A DNA stretch of 64,000 bases from Camelus dromedarius (lineage: Eukaryota), in NCBI RefSeq assembly GCF_036321535.1, contig NC_087436.1, positions 118,050,001 through 118,114,000 on the forward strand. Direction: 5' to 3'. Numbering within the stretch: the first letter of the stretch is position 1; every line of letters begins with the position of its first letter. Made by a program: the position numbers and the translations under genes. The notes under the pieces are model-generated. The model saw only the letters and a program-made list of their open reading frames with translations, was not told the DNA's origin and did not search any database. This document shows positions 12,301-25,209 of the stretch, one piece after another.

Positions 12301-13267
12301 GTGTCTGTCAGAAGAGACAAAGAAACATCTCCGTGGAACCTGTGAAAGGGTCCCTCCTGGCGTCTGAAGGAGAGAGACTGGGGAAAGGGAAAAACAAATT
12401 CTATTTAAGAAACACCTACTGTGGGCCAAACATTTTCCATACACAATTTTATTTGGTCTTCAGAATAACACTTCAGAGTACGAGAGGTAACGTTAGCTCC
12501 ATTTCATACCCGAGGTTGTTGGAGTTTGGAGAGGTGGTCTCATTTCTCTTAGGTGGTAAAATTGTGGTCCTTGGTCTCACTTCTTTCTGTGTAACTGGAA
12601 AGCTCTTTCTCTCATGCCAAGATGCAGCCATTTGCATCCCACATGCAGAACTTTTTTTTTTTTTTATCATAGCCACATGTTACCTATAGTTGTTTACTTA
12701 ATACTTTTCTCTGTCTTGAATGATTTTACTTGACTAGAACTTTTTACAAAGGCACTTGGTATTTCTAGCTTAAATTGAAAATGGAGGAAGAAGTCTATAA
12801 ATAGGAAGACAGATAAAGTCAAGCTACAGGAAGATAGATGCAAAACAGTGATATTCAGCATCGCAAGATAGTGTTAACCTTTTGTAGCCCCTTCGTCAGT
12901 GACTGGCTCAGTGGATATTTTTTGGGTGGATTTGTAATGACCGAACTCGCATTGGTCCTGGGCTGCCGCTATGTGGATGCGGGCTTGGGCCGTGTGGAGA
13001 TGTGCAGGGCAGGCCGCCCTCAGGCGTTTCCATGCGAGCTTGAATGGAACGACCGGTCCCTGAAGGGAAATGAGCCCCCCACTTAGTTCCCAGCATTGGA
13101 GCTGCAGCTTGACGCTCTTTTAAGCTTTCTCTTTCTCTCTCCATCTTCGCTCCACTTTCCAGCCCAGCTTAGAGATAAGATACGGGCTTCAGGGTTTGTG
13201 TGTCTCTGGGACACACCAGGCCCCCCGCTGGTCCACCATGAACTCTTCCAGCAGGGATTCCCCTTCC

Positions 13268-13512
13268 GTAGCGCAGTGGTTAGGAGCCCAGACGCTGGAA
13301 TCGGACTGCCTGCAGTTTCACGCTGGCTCTGCCACTGACTAGCTGAGTGACCTCAAGCAAGTTTCTTCCCCTCCCTGACCCTCAGTTTCCTCATCTGTAA
13401 AATGAGGCTTAACCCTTACTTCATAAAAGATTCTGAGGAGTAAATGAGTTACTGTATGTAAAATACTCACTACCTAGTCTGGCACAGATTAAGTGCTGTG
13501 TGAGGTTTATTA
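13268..13512 (+). mobile_element. MIR SINE
   Basis: MIR core ctcagtttcctcatctgtaaaatgagg, preceded by gctgagtgacctcaagcaagt. Confidence 0.85.
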
Positions 13513-13544
13513 AATAAGATTAAACTTTGCGACTGAAGGTCAGA

Positions 13545-13765
13545 CAGGTTAAAACACAGATTTGGGGTCACACAGGTTTAAATCCTGATTTTCCTCTGTC
13601 TTGTCTGGGTAACTGTGGAGCAATGCCTTAACCTTCCTGAGCCTCAGTCTCCTCCTCTGGAGGATGGGATGCAGTCTGGCCTGGTCACCATGGGAATGGA
13701 GTGAGGTGATGTGTGTTGAGTGGCGAGCCCTTAGGAAGGCACCTGGCTGGACACTTGGCAGCATG
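13545..13765 (+). mobile_element. Second, adjacent MIR SINE
   Basis: taaccttcctgagcctcagtctcctcctctggaggatggg core-like text. Confidence 0.7.
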
Positions 13766-14208
13766 AGGCAGTCAGGTGAGGACTGCTGCTTCATTCAGCC
13801 CTAAAAAGAAAGTGATTTCTGCTTTCAACCCCTGTTCTCCCAAGGGATTTCTCATTTCCATTCTCCTAGGAAACAGCCCGTTCAGACAGATTCTGCCCTC
13901 CAAGCTTCCTTGCCTGAGCCCTCATTACGTGTCAGTAAGGTGCCAGGCCTGTTTTGAGAAGCCTGACCGGCGAGCTGTGGGGAACCAGCAATCGGGGAGC
14001 AGCTGGCCCCACTTTGGTGGTTGATGCCACTGATGTGCATCAAGCACGTTCGAGTCCTTTTGCTGAATCTCTTGGCAACCCCTACAGAGGGCTTGGGAGC
14101 TGGAGTAGGGTTTCAGGGAGAATTAGATACTGGGCCCCTGCCTTTTAAAAAATGTCCGTCATCTTAGGTACTTGAGGGAAAAATAGAAAATGACTTCAGG
14201 ATGCCTGG

Positions 14209-14600
14209 TGTTGTGGATTGAGTTGAGTCCCCGAAAATGAGGCTGTTGAAACCTAACCCCCAGTACCTCCGAAGGTGACCTTATTTAGAGACACAGGTGT
14301 AATTAAGTTAAAAAGAGGGCATTGGCGTGGGCCCTAATCTTATAAAAAGAGATATGACCACGAAGACAGACACACACACACACACAGAAGGGAAGTGCCA
14401 TATGCGCGTGAGGGGAAAGGCTGGGTGGTGGGACTACAAGCCAGGGCTCACCCCAAGCTGCCGGCAGTGCAGCAGAAGCTGGGAGAGAGGCGCCTCCTTG
14501 ATGCTGGGCTTCCAGCCTCCACAGCTGTTGTTTCATTTCTGTTGTTTCAAGCTGCCCAGTCGGTGGTACTTTGTTATGGTGTCCCTGAGAGATGAATGCA
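14209..14600 (+). mobile_element. MaLR solo LTR (MLT1B/C-like)
   Basis: 5' tgttgtggattgagttgagtcccc...ctaacccccagtacctc...gtgaccttattt; 3' ttctgttgtttcaagctgcccagtcggtggtactttgttatgg. Confidence 0.8.
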
Positions 14601-14945
14601 CTGAGTTTTACCATTGTGTAGTAACTTCTACGCCGCATTCCAGAGGAGGCTGCAGATCAGATCCAGGAAGTGTGTGCAGAGGGGGCGGTTCCTGAGGCCA
14701 GTCCTCAGAAGGAACAGGAAGCATTGAAGAGAAGTAACTTGGGAAAGAAGGAAAAGAGCTGGGAGGTGGGGCTGGGGAGGCCCTTTAAGGCTGAGGGAGC
14801 AGCAGGTGCAGAAGGAGATGGGTGGAGAGAGCAGGGCGGTTCAGAGTTAATGGGGAGCGGGGTGCTGGAGGAGGGGGAGGAGAGCCGTGGAGATGGGGCT
14901 GGGACTTAGGCAGAGCCAGGCATTACAGTGCCTAGAGCGCCTTGC

Positions 14946-15295
14946 TGCACATCTTCATCCCCCGGGTCGCCACAGCGAATACCGCAGACTGGGTGCTTAA
15001 ACAGCAGTCATTTATTCCTTACGGTCCTGGATTCTGGGACAGTCCAAGATCACGGTGCTGGTGAGACCTTCTCTTGCTTTGCAGACAGCTGTGTTCTCTT
15101 TGTATCTTCACCGGGTGGAGGGAGAAAGCTCTAGCCTCTTCCTCTCTAAAGGGCACCAATTCCATCTCAGGGCTCCACCCTCCTGACCTCATCTAAACTA
15201 CCTCTCCAGGTCCCCACCTGCAAATACCATCGTCTCCTTGGGGCGAGGGTTTCAGCATATAGGTTTTGGGGGGACACAAATCTGCACATGTCTGT
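14946..15295 (-). mobile_element. MaLR LTR (MLT1A-like)
   Basis: cagactgggtgcttaaacagcagtcatttattccttacggtcctgg ... gggctccaccctcctgacctcatctaa ... ttttgggggga. Confidence 0.75.
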
Positions 15296-15330
15296 ATACT
15301 AAGGAATTTGATTTTTATTCACAAAGTTGT

Positions 15331-16283
15331 CAGAACCGGCTACATCATCTGCAAGACTCAGTGCAAAATAAAAGTGGGGTCCCTTGTTCAAAAATCAGAA
15401 AAATGCTATTAAAGATAGTAAACTATAAAGCTTTTCTTTCTTCCATAGTCTCTTTTCCTTGGTTGGTCATGGTGTTTTTTAATCTGCTATGTAATAGCAA
15501 TCTAGAAAAATAACACTTAAAATTTTAAATTATCCTCTAGAATTTTACTGTTCATCTCTATACTGTACAATGCCAGTTTTAAATGCAAATTAAGAGCATT
15601 TAACTTGTGTGGAGAATCATGGAAATTATACAGTTCACACATCAGTGTATGTATATGCACACGTATTTTGTTCTGACCAGGTCACTGGAAACAATGCACA
15701 AAATTAACTCAACAGTTTCCATTTCACTCCTCGGTGTGTGCACGGCCTACCCAGCCTGTCCGCCTCAGCTCACTGCTGAGTGAGGAGAGACTGAGGGGAG
15801 GAGGAACTGGGGTTCTCATCTTTGCCTTTTCTTCCATGTCATCATTTCAGCATCGGTGATTAGGCAACACGGGGAAGTAACACAAGAAGGAAAGGAGAGG
15901 GTTCCCCGGCCATTGCAGTCTCTTGAGAACACCGTTGCTGCTTCCCGCATCTGAAGCACGTCACTTCTGGTTGGAGGAGAGTGTTTAGTCTCCTAGGGGC
16001 TGTCAGTTCTCTTGCTTACTCAGGTGTAGACAGAACACACTTACCGGGGTCTTGCTGAACCTCCACCAGAATCCTTTGCTCACGGAGCACTGCACATGCC
16101 AAGTGGAAGTGAGGGACACACACACTGAATGTGGAAGCTCTGCTCACGCGCATGCCCCGTTATAACCCCTTACAAGGCGACATTTCCAGGATGGAAGATG
16201 GCACCTCCAGAGCGTTCGGCCAAGTGCAGGGCCCTTCTGAGCGCAGAGCGCTGTACGACCGCCTGCCCAGCAAGCCGGCCCCG
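15331..16283 (-). mobile_element. MER45B-like hAT-Tip100 DNA transposon relic
   Basis: Terminal inverted ends cagaaccggct (15331) and agccggccccg (16283). Internal gggcccttctgagcgcag and cagtgcaaaat match MER45 ends; length ~950 bp. Confidence 0.75.
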
Positions 16284-17769
16284 TTAGTAGAAGATGAGGC
16301 GACACTAATGGTTTTAATCTGGGGAGTGATGCGACCAGTTCCCATATCAGGATGCTCATGGTGCCTGCAGACTGAAGCATGGGTTGGCAGGGGGAGAAAT
16401 TGGTGGCTAGGAAGATGGTATAAAAACCCATGAGAAGAGGAGGAGGGGTGTATGTGTCCACACTTGGGTACATTTGCGTGTGTGTTTGCGTGCGGGTAGA
16501 CAGTTACCTTCATCACTATGTATAGATATACATGTAAACACAAATGTATCTACTGATATTTAAACAGGCGAACCCCTTTACCCTGTGAATAGTGCCGGCG
16601 AGCTCCCAGTTACAGCAAGATAGTTGATCAAATTCCACAAAATCATAGCACAGCAGAATTTTCTGCCATTCACTTAAGTGGTATAAGATATTTATAAATT
16701 CCATTTAAAATGTAATTAATTTTAAGCATACTTTTTAAACAAAGTCAGGAAGTTGCTGCATGTCGTATTTAACAAGTTCCACCAGGTTCCGAACCCTCCT
16801 CTCCAGAGTTTACTTACTCCATCAGTCTCCCTGGAGAATCAGAGGGAGCTGAGTAGAACACGCCTTTCACGCCTTAACCGGATCTCTGCTTGCTTTGGAG
16901 ATGCATTTGAGAGTGATTTGCTTTGGGATTTTATTTCTTCCAGAAAATAACAAATGTTTCTCATCTTCCTGAGGTCTCTTGGTCTTAAACTGAGGTTATA
17001 AATCTTTCAGAGCTTCTGTTTGCCAGTCCCTTTAATTTCTGTGGCGTGAAGGACAGGGAGAGAAACAAGGCTTATAATTTATGATTCTTTTTCTCTCTTA
17101 GCCAGCAAATAACACTCAAGAAACAGGCCCTGGTAGGCAGTTTGTGAGTTTGGTTTGTGTTTTGGCTTATGCTTCTGCGTTGCTTCTGGGGAAGATGTCC
17201 CTACTCCCCATCTTTCTGGATGTGTTTATCTGTTTGTAAGTAATGGGAACATTTGTGTTACATATTGACAGAGATTTCTGGTGGAGGCCTGTAGGGCACA
17301 GGGTCTCAGATATGATGTTGGTTTCAGATGAGTTGGAAGTAAGAGCTAGTTAAAATACCACTGGTATATTTTATGCTGACAACGGCCTCATTTTTTTTCC
17401 TAGGCACAGCCGATGCCCCGCAGACTTAAATTTTCACTTGCCAGCCCAGAGGTTCACATGGGTATTCGGTGGGGCTCTTACTCTTCGTGCCTCCCAGGTG
17501 GACTCCTGTTCCCCTGCCCCATCTCCAAACCTGCCCCTTCCCGTCTTCCCATAGTAATAACATTCTTCCAGTGGTGAAGGCCGACACTTTGGAGTCCCCC
17601 TTGTTTTCTTTTCACTTGGCACCTACCCTCTTACCTGTAGTCCTCCCATTCCTGTCCTGTCCTCCCATGTCTCATGCCTACCATTTCAGTACCAAGACAC
17701 TGAGAAATCTGAGCAGGGGTTCAAAGACTCACCTCTGCCATTCGTCTCAGGCTTCCACATCCAGTTCTG

Positions 17770-20225
17770 TTTATTTTCCATCTTTTGTAATTTACTGAGA
17801 CTTACATCTTAGCATGTGGTCAACCTGCCATATCCTCTTGGAAGGAATACGTATCCTTTTGTGATTGGTGTAGTGTTCTATTAATACCAAGTAGGTTTGT
17901 TCAAATCCCCTGTATCCTTAATGAGTTTTGCTGCTGTAAGAAAAATTGAATTGGTTACTGAAAGTGGAGTGTTAATGTCTGTATGTTTGATTGTGAATCT
18001 TTCTATTCTTCTTAGTTTTGTCCATGTGTATGTATTTTGAAATATATTAATAGTCATGCACACATTTAGGATGCATTTGTCTTCTTGATGAACTGACACT
18101 TTTATCATTGTGAAACCATCTTTATCTCTGGAAGTACTGCTAGTTTTGAATTCAACGTGGCTGCTATGAATATAGTCACGGCAGCTTTTTCTTGCTTACT
18201 GTGTGCATGGTGAATCTTTTTCTGTTCTTTTCACTTTCAATTTTCTCTGTCTTTGAGTTTAAGCAGTAGTTTAAACAGCATATAGTTGAATCTTCCTTTT
18301 TTTTTTTTACTTTGTCTGAAAACCTCTGCCTTTTAGTTGCAATATTCAGTTCATTTATGTTTAATATAATTTTTGATGTATCTGGGTTTAATCCTACCAC
18401 TTTGCTATTTGTTTCCTCTGTTCTTGCTTCTTTTTTCTTTTTTGAGTTTTTGTAAATCTAGTACTTTTTTAATATTCTGTTTTATCTTGACTATTGGCTT
18501 TTTAGCTAAACCTGTTTATATGTTTTTAAAAGTTGCCATAGGAATTATAATATGTGTTCTTAACTTATCACAGTCTACCTTGAATTACCACTTCAGGTAT
18601 AATGGTAGAATTGTACAACAGTGTAATTTCATTCCCTTATTTTTGTACTTTTTTGTCATATAGTTTTATTTCTATGTATGATATAAAACTCATAGTACGT
18701 GGTTATTATTTTTCCTTTAAATATCAATTATTTTGAAGAAAAAATATGTTATATTTACCTACATGCATATGATTTCCAATGTACTTACTGTAGATTCAAA
18801 ATTTTATCTTATATCACTTTTTTTTTCCCCTGAAAAATTGCGTTTACCCCTTTGGTAATGCAGTTCTGCTGGTAACAAATCATTTCGGCCTTTATTGAAC
18901 TGAAGTATCTCTACTTCACCTTCATTTCTGAAAGGTATTTTCATTGGATACAAATCCTAAGTTGACTTTTTTTTGGCACTTTAAGGATATCATTCTGTTA
19001 TCTTCTTGACTCTACTGTTTCTGATAAGTCAGCCATCATTCAAATAATTGTTCTTCTGTTTTTAATGTGTCTTTTTTCTCTGGTTGCTTTGAGTATTATC
19101 TTTGACTTTTATAGTTGTGTCTTATGTGTCAAGATGTAATTTTCTTTGTACTTATCCTGCTTAGGGTACACAGAACTTCTTGGATTGTGGATTGTTTTAA
19201 GTAAAATTTGGAAAACTTGGGACCAGTATTCCCCTCCCTTCTCTCTTTTATGGCACTTCAGTAACATGTATGTCAGACCACTTGACAGCCTTCCACAGGT
19301 TAGTGGAGAGTCTGTTTCATTTTTTTTCTCTGTGTATATTAAATATATTTTCTCATTTTGCTTCCGAATATTTTTCTATTGGTCTGTTTTCAGGTTCCCA
19401 GACTCTTCTGCATTGTCCAGTCTGCTCTTTCTAGTAAATGAATTAAAAATTCAACATACTATATTTTTAAGTTCTAGGATCTTCATTTGCTTTTTTAGAT
19501 TTTCCATATCTCTCTTGAAATTCTTCATATGCTTGTATATTCACTATATTCATTTTTTCTATACACTATTTAGTAATTCTGCTGATTTCAGCATCTTAAT
19601 GTGTGTCTGTTTCTATGGATGTTGTTTTCTAGACCGTGGGAAACATTCTCTTGTTTCTTCACATGTCTAGTAATTTTCTTTATATGCTAGACGTTGTAGA
19701 TGGTACATTGTAAAGATGGCACGTGTACAGCACTGAATTCATTCCCGGCACAATAAATATTATCTAGCATTATTTTAGAATGTTTATGAATATTACATCA
19801 CTTTATCCAATTAACTTTTACTTTCAGGTATTGTGTTTTTCAGTTCTAGGTTTTCCACTTGGTTGCTTTCTTCCTCTGAAGAGTATGAGTTTTATTCCAC
19901 CAAGAAGATAAATTACTGGCTATTAATTTTGATCTGTGGAGTCTTGATTTTGGGCTTCAGCAGGATGTCTTGTGGTTTTGCTTTTCATCCTAGAGTGCAG
20001 CCTTTGCTTCTGGGACTCGGTACTTACTCTTACTGGGCTTAACTTGAATTCCAGACTCTGTACTGTTGAGCACACTGCAAAGTTGCTGAAATTTCTGCTC
20101 GCCTCTTTCAGTTTTTCATCTGTCATTTCGCTGGGCTCCTTGGAGTCTCAGCCCAACCCACGTTCATTTTGGGAGTCAACTCAGGACTCCGAGGGGAATT
20201 TGTATGAACGTTTTGGGATGTTAAA
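17770..20225 (-). mobile_element. Old L1M-type 5'/ORF1/early ORF2 relic
   Basis: T-rich antisense text. ORF-track pieces 17881-18108 and 18176-18400 resemble degraded ORF2 endonuclease (LNINELNIATKRQR, DINTPLS). Confidence 0.7.
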
Positions 20226-20723
20226 ATCAATTGTGTACTGTTGAGTTATTTATTTAGTATAAATTTCAACAGTGTGATTATTGAAATAAAGAGTGTGAAT
20301 ATCTTTGTAACTTGTAAGACACGGGCATTCCAAAACATTTTTCTTAAGTTTTGTTGCCACCAGCACAGCTTAAGTATAACAGTTCTACCAGAACGTCTCC
20401 CCAAAAGTGTTAGCATTGATAAGTCTGTTTTCTTAATTAAATGGATTTGATATGAAACTTGAGGATTTCATTAATGTTTGTGATATCAATTCCTGAGAAA
20501 GATGAACCCTTTTTTTCAGGTCTTTATTCATTATTTATATGTTCTCTATGAAAGTTGCCTTTTTGTACATTTGCCCATTTTTTTCCATTCTGTTTTTGAT
20601 TAAAAATGTATCTGAATAGGCTTTTAATTCATTTCACTGATTAACCCTTGTATCTAATTTTATTTTCTCTTCCTTTTAAGATTATCATTGGATAAATTGA
20701 ATGATAACCAAGTTCAGTTCTAG

Positions 20724-21200
20724 TGCACTATTGAAATTATTTTTGTAGTGAATAATGCTTATTTATTACTTACAAGACCTGGAAGTCACAGCACACGTGG
20801 GGCCCCGCAGCGGGGTCACAGGTGGAGGGAGAGAGAGTGCATGTGGGCCTGGGGGTCCACTTTCACTGAAGTTGAGGATGGGGGCCTAGGGATTTGCGGG
20901 CTTATTCTGTGTTGGTGAGTTTAAAACATAAAAGTGGGAGTTTAAAGTATGGGAAGAGAAAAAAAATGAAGCATGTGGCCCAAACAGTCCATTATCAGAA
21001 TCAACCAAGATCTCTAGAACAAAGGGGCCCCAGTCAAGGGGGCAGCCTGGCCCTTTATCTAGCCTTGTGGCTGGCAGTATGTTTGTTTGAGATAGCCGTC
21101 TTTGAAGTGGATGCCTCAGCCATCAAACCTAAAGTCAGGCACTTGCATTAAAAAAAGAAAAAATAAAAACAACCAAATGACTGTCGGGGTTTACACCACA
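20724..21200 (-). mobile_element. ERV solo LTR (family uncertain)
   Basis: TG...CA ends (tgcac...accaca) with ctag on both sides (20720-20723 and 21201-21204). An antisense poly(A) signal tttatt lies near the left end. Confidence 0.65.
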
Positions 21201-22239
21201 CTAGTAAATACTGCATATTCACAAGGCTGATCTCGACTGACATAATCTGCATTTTGTATCTTAGCAGCTAATGCTGTGGGAAAATGTACTAAAAAGATGT
21301 TGAATTTTAAGTTGATGAACCCTGTGCATGGTAATTACAAGTTACAAGATGATAATGATGATAAACTGCCTGTGTAAATCTTTACCACGGCTACAGTGGC
21401 AGCAATCATGGGAAGAGATATTGATATCACAGGGTATTTGGACCTTTTCTGTAACAGGGTGTGGGTCAGAAGGGGAATCTGTTCCTTCATTGTAAAATTT
21501 TACTGCACAGTGGTTTTTGTCTTCTCCTTTGAATTGTTATGAAAGGGCTAGGGCACTGGGGGAAGAAAGGCAAGGAGAGAGAAAGGGGTGCTTCCTTGCC
21601 CAGGTCTCGCCATCTGCAGTGATGCCCGCAAGGTGAGTGGCTCTGTCTTGCTGGCGGACTCCCGCCCTTCTGAGCTGTATCCCTGGGCTGTCAGCTCCAC
21701 TTGTGTGGGCTTTGTCCGCCGCGTTTCTTTCTGTACACTCAGCAGCTAGAACACGGCATGGCAGAATACACAGGAGTACCCATATTACGTTGCTGTGTGC
21801 CAGTTAAACTAATCAACTGCGAGGGCACTAACTAATGGCACCACACCCACCGAGCCCAGATAAGCTTCAGAGTCCTCGCCAAGACACCCCCAGCAGCTTC
21901 TCTCCAGTGACCAGAGCAGGCGCTGGAGGTGAAACCTCTCCCTGGTTAACCCGTTGTTCAGACGTCCTCTGGGTGCACCTCCCAGCCCTCTTTCCGAGAC
22001 CTCTTCCCTCCTTCCACCCAAGGCTAAGTGATCGTCTCTTACCTGTTTCCTTGTCTAAGACATCTGGCAGTTTTGTACAACGACCTGAGTTCCATGTGAT
22101 CCTTAGCAAAGGTGCTGCGGGAGGGCAGGAAATTGGGTTCCCTTTCTAACGTCAGGGTGTCTTAGGGCCCTGGAGCACCCACACTGTTGTGGCAGTTCCA
22201 AGCCTACTTTGAGACAGACTCTGTGTCAGGATGTTGTAT

Positions 22240-22738
22240 TGTTAAAGAAAAAAAAATTACTCAAGAACACTTGCTAAAGCATGGTAAGGAAGACTTTATT
22301 CCAGGAGGGGCATCTTAATAAGTGTAGGGACCACTGCAATGGGGTCTTGCAGTGGAGGAGACAGCTTGGATTACACTCTGAATATAGCATGGGCAAGTGG
22401 GAATTTAAAGCCAAGGAGCAGGTGGGGTCAGGGGATGGAAAATTACCTGGAGGAACATCAGGATTAAGGGGGGATTCTGGATAAACTGAACTAACAGGAT
22501 TCTTGCTGAAGGCAGGCCAAGGTGAGCAGACATTACCTGGAGGATGGTGGAGGACGAGGAACCCAGTTGGATACTGAGGGTGATCTGATACGGAGGATGG
22601 GGGATTCTAGCTAAGCCAGCTGACAGGATTTTTGCTAAAATTGGACAGTGCAGAGATGAACATGGAAGCTTAACTTTTCATAGATGAAAATTTCAGAGAA
22701 GGCTGAATAGAGCTTGGCCAAGGAGAGAATCTTTGTCG
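22240..22738 (-). mobile_element. MER31-like ERV1 solo LTR
   Basis: tgttaaagaaaaaa...ggtaaggaagactttattc...ggaccactgcaatggggtcttgcagtgg...aatctttgtc matches the reverse complement of MER31 as recalled. 4-bp TSD gtat at 22236-22239 and 22739-22742. Confidence 0.85.
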
Positions 22739-23075
22739 GTATCCAGTAGGATGCTTTCAGCTTCAGGTAATGGAAAACTCAACAAATAGTAACTTGAACT
22801 GTGAAGACATTGCTTGTGTGATTAACCAGAAGTACAGACGGGAATGGACCAGGAATGCCTGGGGATGCAACACTGTCTTTGAAGACCCTGGTTCTTTCCG
22901 TCCTGCTGCTCCACCCTTTTCCCATTTTTTCCCCCACCTCACGCTCATCTCAGGGTCTCAGGATGGCTGCCACAACTTCAGTATCTCCCCACGTGACACT
23001 GTCCAAAGCGGGAAGGGAGTGAAGGAGCAAAGAGGGCTTTTTCTTCTCTTGCTTCTCTTATCAGGGAGGACAGTA

Positions 23076-23599
23076 CAGTTGATCCTTGAACAATGTGGGG
23101 ATCAGGGGCACTGACCCCTTCCAGTCAAAAATCCCTGTGTGAAAAACAGACTCACGGACATAGAAAACAAACTGTGGTTACCAAAGGGGAAAGGGCAGGG
23201 GAGGGATAAATTAGGGGTTTGGGATTAACATATACACACTACTGTATATAAAACAGATAAACAACAGGGACCTACTGTAGAGCACAGGGAACTGTATTCA
23301 ACTGCTTATAATAACATAATGGAAAAGAATCTAATAAGAAAAGAATATGTATGTATATGTATAGCTGAGTTGCAGTACACCTGAAACTAATGTTGTGAAT
23401 CAACTACATACCAATAAAAAATAAAAGACAAAAAAAAAAACCTTATAACTTTACAGTTGGCCCTCCATGTCCTTAGTTCTGCATCCTAGAATCAACCAAC
23501 CGAGGATCTTTCAGTATTGTAGTGTGTATTTATTGAAAAAAAAATCCATGTATAAGTGGATCCATGCAGTTCAAACCCCTTTTGTTCAAGGGTCAACTG
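23076..23599. mobile_element. Tigger2a/MER8-like Tc1-mariner MITE with a nested L1
   Basis: TIRs cagttgatccttgaacaa and ttgttcaagggtcaactg; TA duplication at 23074-23075 and 23600-23601. Confidence 0.88.
23141..23440 (+). mobile_element. Short 5'-truncated L1 3' end inside the Tigger element
   Basis: aaacagactcacggacatagaaaacaaactgtggttaccaaagggg ... cacagggaactgtattca ... aataaaaa and A tail. Confidence 0.88.
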
Positions 23600-24301
23600 T
23601 ACTTCTGGAAGTTACTTACAGAATTCCTCTCACAGTTTATTGGTTGTAACTAGGTCACATGTCCTCATCCTCCACCAATCATTGGCCAAAAATTACTGGG
23701 ATGCTGTTTTTGTGCTGGATCAACATGGGTTCACTCCCCTGGACTTGCCAAAGAAAACGAGAACTTGCCATGGAGAAGATAGAATGGCATTAGTGTAGAC
23801 AAACTATAGTATCTGCCACAGCCTAAAACAAGAAAAAAAAACCCAACAAAATATCTGCCCTGATGTGAAAAGTGGGGGCTAAAATTAAACCACGTAAAGT
23901 GCAAGGCCACATGACAGTGGAGTTAATGACATTAGTAGGGCTTGCCTTTCCCATAAGCCGTCTAGTAGGAAATTCTGGGAGTCTGGAATTCTGGAGGTCC
24001 TGGCCCTAGGTCTGAATCTACCCAAGCTCCAGATTCCATTTGGCATCTCCTGGTAGCTTTTGTCCACTCTGTCTTAAATATCATCCGGGGTGCCTTCTGT
24101 CGTGAGGGGGGAGGATATTGAAGATCTGGGGAGCAATCCTCCACCTCCCAGCTTCTCAAGTCAAGCTGGCCAGAATTTCGCTGACTGGCCTCAGTCCCCT
24201 CCGAATCTCCCTGCCCGCCCACTTCTCCCAGATGACCCAGCTCTCTCTGCCTTTGAGAGGTGGGGCCAGCACGAAGCAGGGAGTATTATAATGGGATTGG
24301 T

Positions 24302-24492
24302 ATATAAAAAGAGATTAAAACATAGATTTCTTCTGTATAGCACAGGGAACTATATTCAATATCTTCTAATAACCTTTAATGAAAAAATACGAAAACAAAT
24401 ATATGTATATATCTATATATATGTATGACTGGGGCATTATGCTGTACACCAGAAGTTGACACATTGTAACTGACTATACTTAAATTAAAAAA
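24302..24492 (+). mobile_element. Very short L1 3' end (~190 bp)
   Basis: ctgtatagcacagggaactatattcaatatc ... gctgtacaccagaagttgacacattgtaactgactatac. Perfect TSD AATGGGATTGGT at 24290-24301 and 24493-24504. Confidence 0.92.
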
Positions 24493-25209
24493 AATGGGAT
24501 TGGTGTTAGCACAGGTTTTAGGGTCTTTCATTTTATATCGCTACCTGTGAGCAGAATAATCATCTTCATTAAAAATACAGTTGGTTTTCCTCATCAAGTT
24601 AAAATTAAAATGTTGAAAAACCTGCAATGAGAAGGAAAAAATATTCTCATCGCCCAGAGACAACTGTTATGCTTTAGTGATTCCTTGCCAAACTTTTTTT
24701 TAGTATTCATTTTTTTAACACCATATTACACTGTATTACATTTTATATTGCCATTTTCTTTTAAAACTGTGTTTTAAACAATTCATACAAATATTTATTG
24801 GCTGCACAGTATTTCATTGTGTGGGTGGGTGCACAATAATATTTTAACTGTGTCTCCACTGTTGGACTTTTGGGCTCTTTCTAGCTTTTTATTTACAGAA
24901 ATAAGAACGTGTAGACTGCGTACATAAATCTTCGTCTGTACTTTCTGCAGTTTTCCTAGAACAGATTACTTGAAGGGAGCTTAACAAGGTGAAATTTATG
25001 AGCATTGCTAAGAGTCTTGATTTTTATCCCCAAATTACTTTTCAGAAAATGTATTCCAGTGCTTGGCTTACCACATCCTAGCAAGCAAAGAAAGTTAGAG
25101 TGTTTTACATCTTTGCTAATTAAAAAGGCAAATATTTAATCTCATTATTTACATCGGGATTGTTATTGCTTAGTGAGCTAGCATATTTTTACACATTTTT
25201 TGTTCGCTA

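Larger units (their letters stand above)
22743..23820. mobile_element. Old MaLR LTR (MLT1J/K/L-like), host of the Tigger2a element
   Basis: ggatgctttcagcttcaggtaatggaaaactc start, caggatggctgccacaacttc, ggtcacatgtcctcatcc, ending ctgccaca. Confidence 0.6.

Noticed and set aside
12890..13090. Small CpG-richer patch as a possible alternative promoter
   Set aside because: About 200 bp, well below CpG-island density, with no clear first-exon donor or core-promoter arrangement.
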